Origin: Entomortierella parvispora E1425
Lineage: Eukaryota; Fungi; Mortierellomycota
Direction: 5' to 3'
DNA length: 64,000 bases
Assembly (NCBI GenBank): GCA_020891255.1
Contig: BQFW01000011.1
Location: 620,001 to 684,000 of the forward strand
Both the position numbers and the translations under genes were made by a program. The notes under the pieces were generated by a model. The model was not told the DNA's origin, ran no database searches, and was given only the letters and a program-made list of their open reading frames with translations. Every line of letters begins with the position of its first letter. Position 1 is the stretch's first letter. Shown here piece after piece: positions 52,670-62,775 of the stretch.

Positions 52670-53770
52670 CGACAACGCGACAGCAACCGCGCTAGTGGGA
52701 GAAAGGAGTTCAGGGCGGCGCGATCGGCTCTCAAGGAAGGACCAAGCCTCCGTCTTAACGGCATGTATTGCCTCCAAAATGAATGCTCAAAGTTGAAGGA
52801 TAGGAAAAACGAGTTTATAAGGGATCCATGGCCACACGTTGGAGGCCCATGGTGAACTCTAAGGTAAACGTCGGAGTGGACCATTCTCTGCCTTTAGTCA
52901 ACGATCGAGGAAACATTGCGAGAGCTGAATCTTACAATTGACGAGGCGTCAAGGAAGTAACTCGTGTCTCCCCCTGTTGACCTGGTCACTCTTAGTCTCC
53001 CTGACACTTTGTAGTACTGGTCAATGGATCGCCCTAAGCGGTGCTTGCGATGGATGTCATGAAATGTTGCCGTTGAGGCATTGTTTCGCTCTCTATCAAT
53101 GGTCACCACCATCTCGTTTCGCTGCAGGTCGCCATGCGCAGCTTGGGCAAGGATTGCACTACGATGTTTACGGTTGTGCAAAACATGTACAAAAGGGTTG
53201 GAAGTAACCCTGATGAGAACATTGTCGAGCTGTCTCGTGCATGAGCGTGTGGGGGGCATGGTCAAGTGAAAATGTGCTGAGAGGAGGTGTTGAGCAGAAT
53301 GGAGGGAGGAGTGGATTAAAAGGACTTTAGGGAGTGTTTGTGCTAAAGAGAAGGGAGGGGTAAAAGGTGTTAGAGGGGAGAGGCTCGGGGGATTCATGTC
53401 ATGCCTCAACAACGACCACAGGAAAAAGTGTGGATTTTATTTTATTTTTTTTGGGCCTGCTCGACAAGTCCTCACTGGCAACTGATAAAGGCGAATGTGA
53501 CAAAGCTGACAGCACCACTACAGTTGTTCTCGCAAAGGAAAAGGGGGTCCATTGTCAAGCTTATTGTCATTCCGGCTCAACTTCTCCCTCAATTGTTCAT
53601 TTTCTCGCAGTCTTTCCACCCGGAAAATTCTCTGACTTCCAGGAACGGCTTATTTTCCATGGAAGCGACCGAGGTTTCCGACACGAACAATCGAAACAAC
53701 CGATAACGATGTGATTACCGCGGCCCATGTAGTCCACCTTTCTAGGAACGATTTGCTATCTGTTCCGAGA
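52670..53770. repeat. Copy 2 of ~1 kb direct segmental duplication
   Basis: See 43200-44200; same orientation, ~9.5 kb apart. Confidence 0.9.
52894..53259 (-). CDS. Small (~120 aa) hypothetical protein, possible OB-fold/SSB-like, copy 2
   Basis: 14 amino-acid differences in 121 relative to copy 1, with the same stop position and the same candidate intron. Confidence 0.6.
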   Translation of the reverse strand: MPPTRSCTRQLDNVLIRVTSNPFVHVLHNRKHRSAILAQAAHGDLQRNEMVVTIDRERNNASTATFHDIHRKHRLGRSIDQYYKVSGRLRVTRSTGGDTSYFLDASSIVRFSSRNVSSIVD

Positions 53771-54244
53771 TAAAGAAGCTCGTGCATGCAACGCGTGGCC
53801 GCAGAAGAATGTGAGGATAGCGACATAATGCATCTGGAGGCCATCTCTTCTCGCCAGAAAGGGCCACAGAAAGAACGTTTGACGTGGGTGCAAGCGCGGT
53901 GTGCGCATTTTGCAAGGAATGAAGGACAAGAGGTCAGCAGAGGAAGAAGTACTGGTAGTCTATCCATGGATGGAGGCAAGATGGAAGAGCGATGCAGGAG
54001 TTGAACGATTTAGGGGTTGAGAAGGAACGGTTGCGCAGAAAGAATGGACGCAGGGCCTTGTCTTTCTTTTTTTGTCCTGTCCCCCAACCTTTCCCTTTCC
54101 CTGTTGTCATGCATTTCATGACCGTTGTTGCGCCAGGGACGATTTTTTTTTCTCGATTCAGTTTCCTTTTTGGGCCATTTTAGCCCTCTCCTCCCTCTTT
54201 TTCTCCCTCCTCGCCAACAACACTCATATGGACATGGACATGAA

Positions 54245-54735
54245 CCGAACTGCATTCATCCGGATCAAGCGCGCCATCTGCTCCGTCCTTGTCATCCACA
54301 TAGTCGACCCTGGCCTCATTACAATCGTGGACACGGATGCATCTGGCTTTGCCATTAATGCAGGGCGGAATGAACCCATGAGTAGGAGCTGCTAGACTGT
54401 CATGCATACCATGCGAACCTGGCACTACTACCTTGACGGCACCAAATTCACCATCAACACTGGCCATTCTCTCAGCGCTGGGACGTCTCACCATGGAGTT
54501 ACATCGGCCCTCTTCCACCCTCAGCCCGCAACTTTAACGCCGTCACGGTCTTTGTCGACAGGCTCACCAAGCTCGAACACTTTGTCCCCAGCACCACTTC
54601 CGCACAGCTGTCGATGTCGCTCACCAGTTCGTCGACAATATCGTCAAGTTGCATGGCCTCCTCATGTCCATCATCTGCGAGCGCGACACACGTTTTGCTA
54701 GCACATTCTGGTAGGAGTTGCACAGACTGCACATA
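54245..54735 (+). mobile_element. Ty3/Gypsy retrotransposon relic (RNase H and integrase fragments, heavily deleted)
   Basis: AFIRIKRAICSVLVIHIVDPGLITIVDTDASGFAI and MHTMRTWHYYLDGTKFTINTGH are RNase H motifs. NFNAVTVFVDRLTKLEHFVP and IICERDTRFASTFW are integrase core motifs. Order is RH then IN. Confidence 0.85.
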
Positions 54736-54759
54736 TTCGTTTATTGTCCTGAATTCGAG

Positions 54760-55146
54760 TGTGGCAGGAATCCAATGTGAATATCAAGAACTTGCCACGA
54801 ACCGACAGGAACTTAGACCGGACATGGTACACGTTCTTGTACCCCTGATCTAGGATATCGGACCTAGATCTGTATCTACACCGATTGGCTCCGGCAAGTA
54901 CAGTATTTCTCCCGCACCAATGCGTACTCACCGGCTGTCCCTCCGACTACGGCTACCTTTTGTGAGATTGTTATCATCTCCCAGCCATACCTATCAGTAG
55001 CTCTCTGACTCAACCGTAGACCGATTGATCTTCTTCCTGCCCCATATATAATTCCTTCTATTCTCTTGTCTTTATCCTCAGTCTGCAATTCACAATAAAT
55101 CTTACCTCCTTCTCTCTTTTTGTCCCCGCCTTGTCTGATCGTGACA
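54760..55146 (+). mobile_element. Putative LTR adjacent to the Gypsy relic
   Basis: TGTGG...GTGACA termini with an internal TATATAA and AATAAA; no matching TSD found. Confidence 0.35.
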
Positions 55147-55251
55147 ACTATTTATGATTTTACTTCTTTTATTTTTTGCTTAGGTAGCTCAATTGGAAGA
55201 TGCCCAATCGGTATCATCAACTATATTACCATATTGGAAGAGACACTTTGG

Positions 55252-56410
55252 TCACTGCGTAGACGTGATAAGTCTGATGAACTTCTTCAAATTGATAACA
55301 TCTTCCAGGTGATCAGCGATACCCTCGAAAAAAAGGTATCCAAATTTGAAAGGTTGATGTGTACCATCACATCGTCCGTGTCGGCGACTCGGTCGGTTTT
55401 GACATGAGTACTGAGTTGCCGCTGCAGACCCCAGGAATTTCAATGTGAATACAAAGGATGCCCCTGAGGTTGATTGGAGTGCCCGAATCTACAAATTCCT
55501 GTCGAATACCTGCATTTCCGTCCGTCTCGTTGATTCCATCCTTCTTTAAGAAACAGCCTCGAATGTCATTGGAAGTCTTGTTAGAAAGAGCCGTATCTTC
55601 CCTTGTGTTGTCACTGTAGAGCTTAATTGCGAGAGAGCCAGCGTAGTGGTTGTTAGAGGAGAACCAGACTCCATCTGGACGAGTGCCAAAATTAGCAACG
55701 AGCATCTGATTCGGAGGACAATCTTTGAGGAAGGCAAGATCCGCTCGGAGACCAGTCTCTGAATACCCACATCCGTTGGCTGTGTTGATCGCATCAATCT
55801 GGAGGATCAGGCCATTGCGCCAGCCAGGTAGAGTAACACCTTGAAGGAAAGGAAGGTCAACAACACGCTAACCATTGAAGCGCTGAAGACAACGACGAAC
55901 AAGAGGTCCAAACGCATCTCCTTTTGAGGTCGATCCACGTCCGTAGTTGGTGACAATCCTGAATATCTAATCCAAGTACTCCAAGAATGCTGGATCCTTG
56001 CCAGAAGCCTTTAGCTCTATCACCACCGCCTCAATGACCATAGGCTCATAATCAAGTGGATACCGTCAGGATGTGGCCGCAGCTTGCACAGGGCCTTATC
56101 CACAAAGTCAGCCTGATCCTTTCCTGCAAACGATATTTTGCCGCCATGGAGATGAGGGTTTGGTGAGACAATTGACGACGTCAACAACAAATCGGGCTCG
56201 TCTTGCCAGCTTGCGGAGCTTCGGTTCAGGGATGACACAATCCTCCATATCAACCAAATCCGAGAGCATCCTTGAGACAGCATCTTTGCAAAAGCGAGGG
56301 AAATCGTTGATTTTGGAGTCGTTGGTTTGCTTGGCAACAGCAGAATACACATGATCTGCATTCTGCAGTGAGAGAGCCGTTCCAAGGATCACTAACGTGG
56401 CTTGAAAGTC
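55252..56410 (-). pseudogene. Crinkler (CRN)-like ATPase + restriction-endonuclease-fold effector, 5'-truncated and frameshifted
   Basis: QATLVILGTALSLQNADHVYSAVAK, STSKGDAFGPLVRRCLQRFN, DLPFLQGVTLPGWRNGL, RPDGVWFSSNNHYAGSLAIKLYS, DIRGCFLKKDG, GILCIHIEIPG and FFEGIADHLEDVINLKKFIR are motifs I recall from Mortierella CRN-like REase proteins; several frame changes. Confidence 0.7.
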
Positions 56411-56520
56411 CCGCAGACCCGCAAAAACACCTATAAAAAAAGTTGCCTCCCGTGCTAGAGCCATGTAAAGTGTTTCACCCTATCTCTCGGAGGAACTTTT
56501 CGGCAATAAAAATCTCCTGG
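56411..56520 (+). repeat. Direct repeat A (second copy at ~59269-59390)
   Basis: gcagacccgcaaaaacac...ttgcc.cccgtgctagagcc.t.taaagtg.tt...gagga.c.ttttcgg occurs in both places. Confidence 0.8.
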
Positions 56521-56720
56521 ATTTTTCAATTGTCCAATCCCTCGCTTTATCATCCCTTTCCTCTTTCCATCCCTTACAATAATTTCTAGCATCCTTAGAT
56601 CCTTTGGGAACACATCTTTTCAGATTTGTTTGGCGTCCTCTTTTTTTTTTCTTTCTGTGTGCCCTTGATATTCTCATCCCCCTGATCTCCCATACAGTGC
56701 CTTGATCTTTTTTTTTTCAG

Positions 56721-56839
56721 CTTGCCCTTGATTTTTGCTTGCCCTTGATTTTTGCCTGCCCTTGATATTTGCTTGCCCTTGATATTCGTTATTCCTTGAT
56801 ATTTGTTATCCCTTGATATTTGCTTTCCCTTGATTTTGA
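56721..56839 (+). repeat. 17-bp minisatellite, 7 copies (consensus CTTGCCCTTGATWTTTG)
   Basis: Directly visible tandem units with progressive divergence. Confidence 0.9.
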
Positions 56840-57267
56840 TATTTTGCCTGCCATCTGGATCATGTTTTTATCTTTGATTTTTTCAATGTATCCCTACTCA
56901 AATGTCACAGGTAAAAATTGCCGACTGCCTCCTCTCGGCATGCCCTCTCTCACCCCTGGTGGAACGGCGACCCCTTTGTTTAATCTTGTCTCACATCTGG
57001 CCTCTCCCCATGATGTTGAGCTTTTCTTCTCGTTATACTGCATCCTGGATCCTTTGATTTTCATCATCTTGCTCACATATAAAAAGATGCTATTCCACCC
57101 GCCACTGTTGATATCTTCACCAATACTCCATTCGCGAATTCGGCCTCAATATGGTATGATACAGCACTCTAAACTCTGCCAACTCTCTTTTTCTATTGAC
57201 CGCTTAATTAACTCATGTTCACATCACTGCCATTTCCCTATTGCTGTTCTCCTAGAAACGTAACACT

Positions 57268-57879
57268 ATGAGCGCATGCATGAAACTTTCGTTAATTATC
57301 AGCTTGACCCTCTTCATGTTTCCAACCATTGGTGCAAGTGCTGGCACTGGTGCTGATGTTTTGAATGAGTTTGGTCATGAAGCTAGCCCGCACCCCACCA
57401 CCTGTGTTGATGCCAATCGTGATGGCATCTGTGACCGCCTTCGTCCTCCACGTCCCTGTGTTGATGCCAATCATGATGGCATCTGTGACCGCCCTCCCCC
57501 TCGTCCCTGTGTTGATGCCAATCATGATGGCATCTGTGACCGCCCTCCCCCTCGTCCCTGTGTTGATGCCAATCGTGATGGCATCTGTGACCGCCTTCGT
57601 CCTCCACGTCCCTGTGTTGATGCCAATCATGATGGCATCTGCGACCGCCGCCCCCCTCGTCCACCTCCCCGTCCTGAATGTGCGAATGAGGCTGGTCGTG
57701 AAGCTCGTCGTAAAGCTGACGATGCAAAACGTAGGCTTGATGCATTACGAGATGCTACCGCAATGGCCAGAGCTGATCCTCATCATGTCTATACGGCTGA
57801 TAGCCCCGTGCATTTTATCAAGGATGCCAAAGCGGAGTTCATCAGATGGAATATGCAAGCGAAGAGCCAGGGATGCTGA
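57268..57879 (+). CDS. Secreted protein with five CVDAN[RH]DGICDR repeats and a helical Cys-bounded C-terminal domain
   Basis: Intact 203-aa intronless ORF with signal-peptide-like MKLSLIISLTLFMFPTIGASA. Repeat starts are 57403, 57457, 57508, 57559 and 57613 (54/51/51/54 nt). Confidence 0.8.
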   Translation: MSACMKLSLIISLTLFMFPTIGASAGTGADVLNEFGHEASPHPTTCVDANRDGICDRLRPPRPCVDANHDGICDRPPPRPCVDANHDGICDRPPPRPCVDANRDGICDRLRPPRPCVDANHDGICDRRPPRPPPRPECANEAGREARRKADDAKRRLDALRDATAMARADPHHVYTADSPVHFIKDAKAEFIRWNMQAKSQGC

Positions 57880-59084
57880 CCCTATTAGTATTAATAGTAG
57901 TGCGGTCCCGATCCACATCAATCAGAGCACATAGAAAAATATTTTCAGTATCATTTCCTATTTGTCTAGTTTCAGTTTTTTGGTTTCGTATATGAAGGGA
58001 CCAAATCCAGTTTGCTCCTGGTTGCCTTTGAGCCCTTCAGAACGCAAATACACATCCCCACTTTACCTGCCTGATATCCCCTTTGTAGTAGCAGCAAGCT
58101 CGACGCCTTAATTCCGATTGCTGAGACTATTAGAATCTAGTAAGAACCCCTCTCTTACCTTGGATATCACAGACCCATTGCATTCTGTTGATCGACCTTG
58201 TACACTGGATCTTACCTGTCCTCGACAAGTTCCGTCAAGAACCTCGACCAACAAGTTCTCCGTTGTCCTTGCTCACTTACGAGGTACCAACAATGTCTTG
58301 TTCTTTTGAGTGGACTTTTTTTTTTTTTTTTTTTTTTTTACGATCTTAGCATCCCATCCTGAGGCCTTAACTGGTGCCTGGGAATCTTCCTTATCTTATC
58401 GTCGCCCTCCCTCGAGTCTCTCCTGAACCCTCAGTTAGTCGGCCTTGTCCTCTTTCCCGGACAGAATACCTTTAGCCCTGCTCTTACTGATTAGATTCCA
58501 TATCCTCTCTTGTTGCTGATCCTAGTTAGTATAGTCACCTGGAGCTGATCCTTGCGGCACGAGATCAACGTCCCTGCCATATGTAAACAGCGAGCCTTGT
58601 TCGTTATTATTCTTTTCGTTATCATTTTCACCTCCAGCCTTTGCTGACGTTAGACTATGTATACTTACTTTAGACAACATCACAACAGTACGGACAGGGT
58701 CTCGAGAACAGTCCTGACCCAGGAAAAATCTAAGACGTAAAAGGACCCGATCTTCCTAGCCATAATCCTGTAGTAGCATACAGACAAGTCAATCTCAATC
58801 AAAAACAACTTCTGTTACTAGATCAGTCCAGGAAAGCGTCACAAACCGCCCTCGGTCTAGATCGGACTTGACGCGTCTCATTGATTCCACGTCCCAAGTT
58901 GCTGGCCCATTTTCTTTTGTTTGCGGCCTCCTGATACCACCTACTACCACCTCCATGTAGCCAAGTTTGAAAATCCATGATGATCCACCCTCGAAACCCC
59001 CTGAAAACAAAACGCTCAGCATTATGAATATCACTTGACACAACTTTGCACACAAACTAGCAAACTAGCAAATACACACACCAA

Positions 59085-59240
59085 CAACTTTTCGCGCCTT
59101 GCCACCAACCGTTCGCGACTTGCCACCAACTTTTCGCGTCGTTGCGTCGTTGCGCAGCCGCCACTAACCTCCCGTGCCTTGCCACCAAGCTCCCGCGCCG
59201 TTGCACAGTGGCCGCCAATTTTTCGCGTCTTGCCACCGAC
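59085..59240 (+). repeat. Degenerate short tandem motif TTTTCGCGYCTTGCCACCAA
   Basis: About 5-6 imperfect copies immediately before direct repeat A copy 2. Confidence 0.6.
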
Positions 59241-59268
59241 CAGGATGGTCTATCTGGCTAGAGAAGCC

Positions 59269-59975
59269 ATGCAGACCCGCAAAAACACTAGAGAAAAAAA
59301 AAAGAGTTGCCCCCCCGTGCTAGAGCCCTATAAAGTGCTTGACCCCAGCACTTGGAGGACCTTTTCGGTGAAAAATTCAAGATCCTGGCACCTTGGTACC
59401 TTTGTTCTAGGTCGTCCTCAGCTGTATCTTTCTGATGATGCCATCGGGAACCCATTATCTGGCCTAGATCCGGGGGCATCATGAGATTAAGTTGATCCCA
59501 GGTGGTCCCCCGTGCTAGAGCCATGTAAACCACCCGGTCAGAAAAAAAAAAGTAGCCACCCCGTGCCAGAGCCCTGTAAATTTTGACCCATCACTTGGGC
59601 TTTTTCGGTGGCAAAGTCAAGACCTGGCGCCCTGGCTCTTTGGATCTAGCTTGTCCTCGGGTGATACCTTCGAATTATGCCATCGTGAGCCCGGGATCCT
59701 AGTCATGATCTCGAGCATCATCACTTCGAATTTTGTCTCAAGTCCCAATGTTGAATGTTGACCCCTCACTTGGAGCACTTTATTGGTGGCAAGGTCAAGA
59801 GTTGGGGCTTTGGTACCTTGGATCTAGGTTGTCCACAGCTGCAGCTTTCGGATGATGCCGTTGGGAGCCGAGGATCTTGGTCATAATCTCGAGCATCATC
59901 ACCTCAAAGTCGGTCCCAAGTGGTCGCCTGTGCTAGAGAAATGTAAACCCATCTGCCCGCCAGCCAAAAAAAAAA
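59269..59975 (+). repeat. Direct repeat A copy 2 plus three diverged ~180-240 bp tandem units
   Basis: The pattern TGACCC..CACTTGG...TTTTCGGTG..AA..TCAAGA..TGG...GGATCTAG.T.GTCC.C.G...ATGCC.T.G...TC.CGAGCATCATCAC recurs three times. The CCGTGCTAGAG..TGTAAA motif occurs at ~59314, 59510, 59561 and 59929. Confidence 0.75.
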
Positions 59976-60349
59976 TGCTGATGTCGACTTCTTCTTACTG
60001 ACTGAGTGACCAGGGGTCTTCTTTTTTTTCCTTGCCCAACATGGACCTACCACCTTTGGGCATGGAATAGCTTCAACATTATTATTGCTTTGACTTGTTT
60101 GTAGCACCTCCGCTGGATATTATTGTGTTTATTTGCCACCTTCACCACCTTTCTTCAGCTCACTGATACTTATTTCACTATGACGACAATAGTTGAATTC
60201 AAGTTGGTAAAGAAGCACCAACGCAGCAAAGGCCCAACGTCCCCTGGCCAATGGTGCGTTGAGGGATCGGTCAATACATTAAATCAGTGAAAAAAGATAC
60301 AAAGTAGAAGGAGGGAAAGAATGTGGAATGCCAACGGCCAACTGGTGCT

Positions 60350-61831
60350 TTAGGGGTAGTAGCGGAAGCTGGGGTGCATATCATACAGGCCATCCTTGGC
60401 TGCATCCACCATCATCTGGCGCGTCATCTGCTGGGGTGGGCCATACTGCTCGTCACGCTTGGCGTTGATGCGGGAGATGTAGTACGATAGCAAGGCAGCA
60501 ACAAGCGCCGTGAATAGGATGAACGCGAGACAGATGGCGTGGCCCATGACGAAGCGCGGTGCTGTGTTGGTCGGGTAAATCTGGCCGCCGGCCATCGCCA
60601 GCGCCTGTGCGAACATGTTCAGCATAGCGAGCCCCACCGCGCGCTTCGTGTGCCCGATGTTGTTGTTAGATACCCACGCCAGCGTCAGCGGGATGATCGG
60701 GTATATCCCGCATGCCACGAGAAAGGCGCCCACGTAGTTCACGCCCATAAGGCCGTTCGAGATCAGCAGGATGTATCCCAGCGCCGCTATCAGCCCAGAG
60801 CCCGCGATAAACATGCCGCGGTTGCGCATGCGGTCCGACAGCCGGCACTGAGCGAACACTGACACTGCAGCACAGATGTAGGGTGGCACCGACAACAGCT
60901 GTGCATTCAGCGGAGTCACGCCAAACTCAGAAATGATCGTGGGCAGGAACGCCGTGTACGATGACAGGCAGATGTTCATGCCAATGTACAGCAGTACGCA
61001 AGCCCAGTTCTTGGTATCCTTGAATGCTGCAACCAGCTGCGACATGTCAAACACGTTGTCGTCATGGTTAAACTCGGAGCGGTAGCGCTCGATCGCAAGC
61101 TGCTTCTCCTCAGGCGTGAGTAGACGCGTGGACGCCTGTTCAGGCATGTTGGGCAGTACAATGACGGTGAGCAAACCAAAGAAGATGGTGAGGCAGCCCT
61201 CGATCAAGAAGATGATCTGCCACGGCTGGAAGTGAGGGTTGTCCGCCATGTTCTTCATGATGCCGTACGAAATGAGACCACCAAAGGCACCAGCGACCGT
61301 GGACGAACCGATAAACAGCGCCACGCGCCACGCCAGTTCGTCGCGCAGGTACCACCAGGACAGCAGAAGCGGCGCGCCTGGCCCGATACCCGCCTCGAAG
61401 ATGCCCATGAAGAAACGGCACGCCAGCAGGCCGCTGTAATTGGTAGTGGCAGCCATGCTCGCCGCGCACACGCCCCACATCACCATGGTGAATGAAATCC
61501 AGCGCGAGGGCAACACCCGCTTCAGCATGAGGTTGCTCGGCACCTGTGAGATCGTGTATCCCGCGTAGAACATGGACAGCACGTTGAAATACTGGCTGTC
61601 TGAGATATGCGTGCCCTTCTCGAGGCCCGCTAGGCGTGCATTACCAATATTCCCACGGTCGAGCGACGAGAACATGTACAGAATGGACACCCACGGCACG
61701 AGGCGCAGGTCCATCTTGAGCATCAGGCTACGGCGGATCTTCTCCAGCTCGGTGGGGTCTTCCGGAAGCACTACATCGTCGGCCACGATGTCGTGAGACT
61801 TCTCCTTGTCATGCTGCGGTGAACCCGACAT
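60350..61831 (-). CDS. MFS transporter, anion:cation symporter (allantoate/nicotinate permease, Dal5/Tna1-like) family; intronless and GC-rich
   Basis: KMDLRLVP, LDRGNIGNARLAGL, QVPSNLMLKR, RFFMGIFEAG, WWYLRDELAWRVALF, WQIIFLIEG, WVSNNNIGHTKRAVG and HPSFRY; 493 aa. Confidence 0.92.
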   Translation of the reverse strand: MSGSPQHDKEKSHDIVADDVVLPEDPTELEKIRRSLMLKMDLRLVPWVSILYMFSSLDRGNIGNARLAGLEKGTHISDSQYFNVLSMFYAGYTISQVPSNLMLKRVLPSRWISFTMVMWGVCAASMAATTNYSGLLACRFFMGIFEAGIGPGAPLLLSWWYLRDELAWRVALFIGSSTVAGAFGGLISYGIMKNMADNPHFQPWQIIFLIEGCLTIFFGLLTVIVLPNMPEQASTRLLTPEEKQLAIERYRSEFNHDDNVFDMSQLVAAFKDTKNWACVLLYIGMNICLSSYTAFLPTIISEFGVTPLNAQLLSVPPYICAAVSVFAQCRLSDRMRNRGMFIAGSGLIAALGYILLISNGLMGVNYVGAFLVACGIYPIIPLTLAWVSNNNIGHTKRAVGLAMLNMFAQALAMAGGQIYPTNTAPRFVMGHAICLAFILFTALVAALLSYYISRINAKRDEQYGPPQQMTRQMMVDAAKDGLYDMHPSFRYYP

Positions 61832-62775
61832 GGTAAATTAAGAATAAGGGGAGGAAGGTGAAGGCTCCTGGATGAAGAAATCGATAAAATACAGAAAGGA
61901 AGGGTTCTGCACAGAGAGTGAGGGATAGAGGTTGATACGCAGGAGAAAGCCGAATAGAAGAAGGGTCGTAGAAAAAGGACTTCGATAATGGAGGAAAGGA
62001 ATAAGGAAAATGGAAACCCGGAAACGATGAAGAAACAGCATGTGCGGAGTTGTGGCAAGGACTTTTTATACAGAAACAGCCCAGGTCCTGTGATGATCGG
62101 AGGATAATTGAACCTAAACTCTGTTGTAAAGAAGGTTTGTCAATGAGTGGAGAAGTGGGGGAGAGAAAGGAAAATTGGGAACAGGTGGATGGACAAGAAT
62201 ACCGCCACAGTCAAGAGGTGTTCATCCGGAAAGACTGTACCATAATAGGTTATGAACTTTACCTGGCTCAGGACAAGCAGCAGGACAAGAGGAGTCACAT
62301 ACAACGGCTGCACCAATGATCGATCTCTCTGGTCACCTCAATGCCCCTGGCCGTTCTGCCCTCGGATGTTGCCCTGCCCATGTACCTGTACACCCCTCTC
62401 CCGATCTTCACTCATAGGTCCCACCCTCAGTTACCTTTCTACCTCTTTTCCCCCTGACTCATTCATAACCGATGCGGGACTCGCCGCTAGTATAAAACCC
62501 AAAGGCGCGACTTCATAGTTCCCCAGTCTGCTACTCACAATATACATTAACGCCTGCCTTTTATTCCTTTCCACATCCCTCACTGTCACGAACGGTTAGA
62601 CATGAGAAACTGTACTGTAAAATGCTTGTAATTTTCCCGAAGGAATAAAGAATTAGGGCTTTCACGCCCTGTAAGATATTTGAGTACTTTCTAGAACTTC
62701 AAATTCGACAGGGGAAAGGCAGATGGTGGTGTTTGGACTGGTAACAGGAAGAGGGGCCCCTGGTTCATGTTCAGG

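Noticed and set aside
57403-57648. CRISPR-like or non-coding repeat array
   Set aside because: Units are in-frame multiples of 3 within an ORF, have no unique spacers, and the DNA is eukaryotic.
58100-59030. Retroelement LTR/PBS region
   Set aside because: No recognisable termini, PBS or coding motif; left as unexplained spacer.
60539-61495. Antisense ORFs overlapping the MFS gene
   Set aside because: Expected by-product of GC3-rich codon usage on the opposite strand.
62050-62602. Solo LTR upstream of the MFS gene
   Set aside because: TATA-like and ...TTAGACA end seen, but no 5' boundary with a matching TSD could be fixed.
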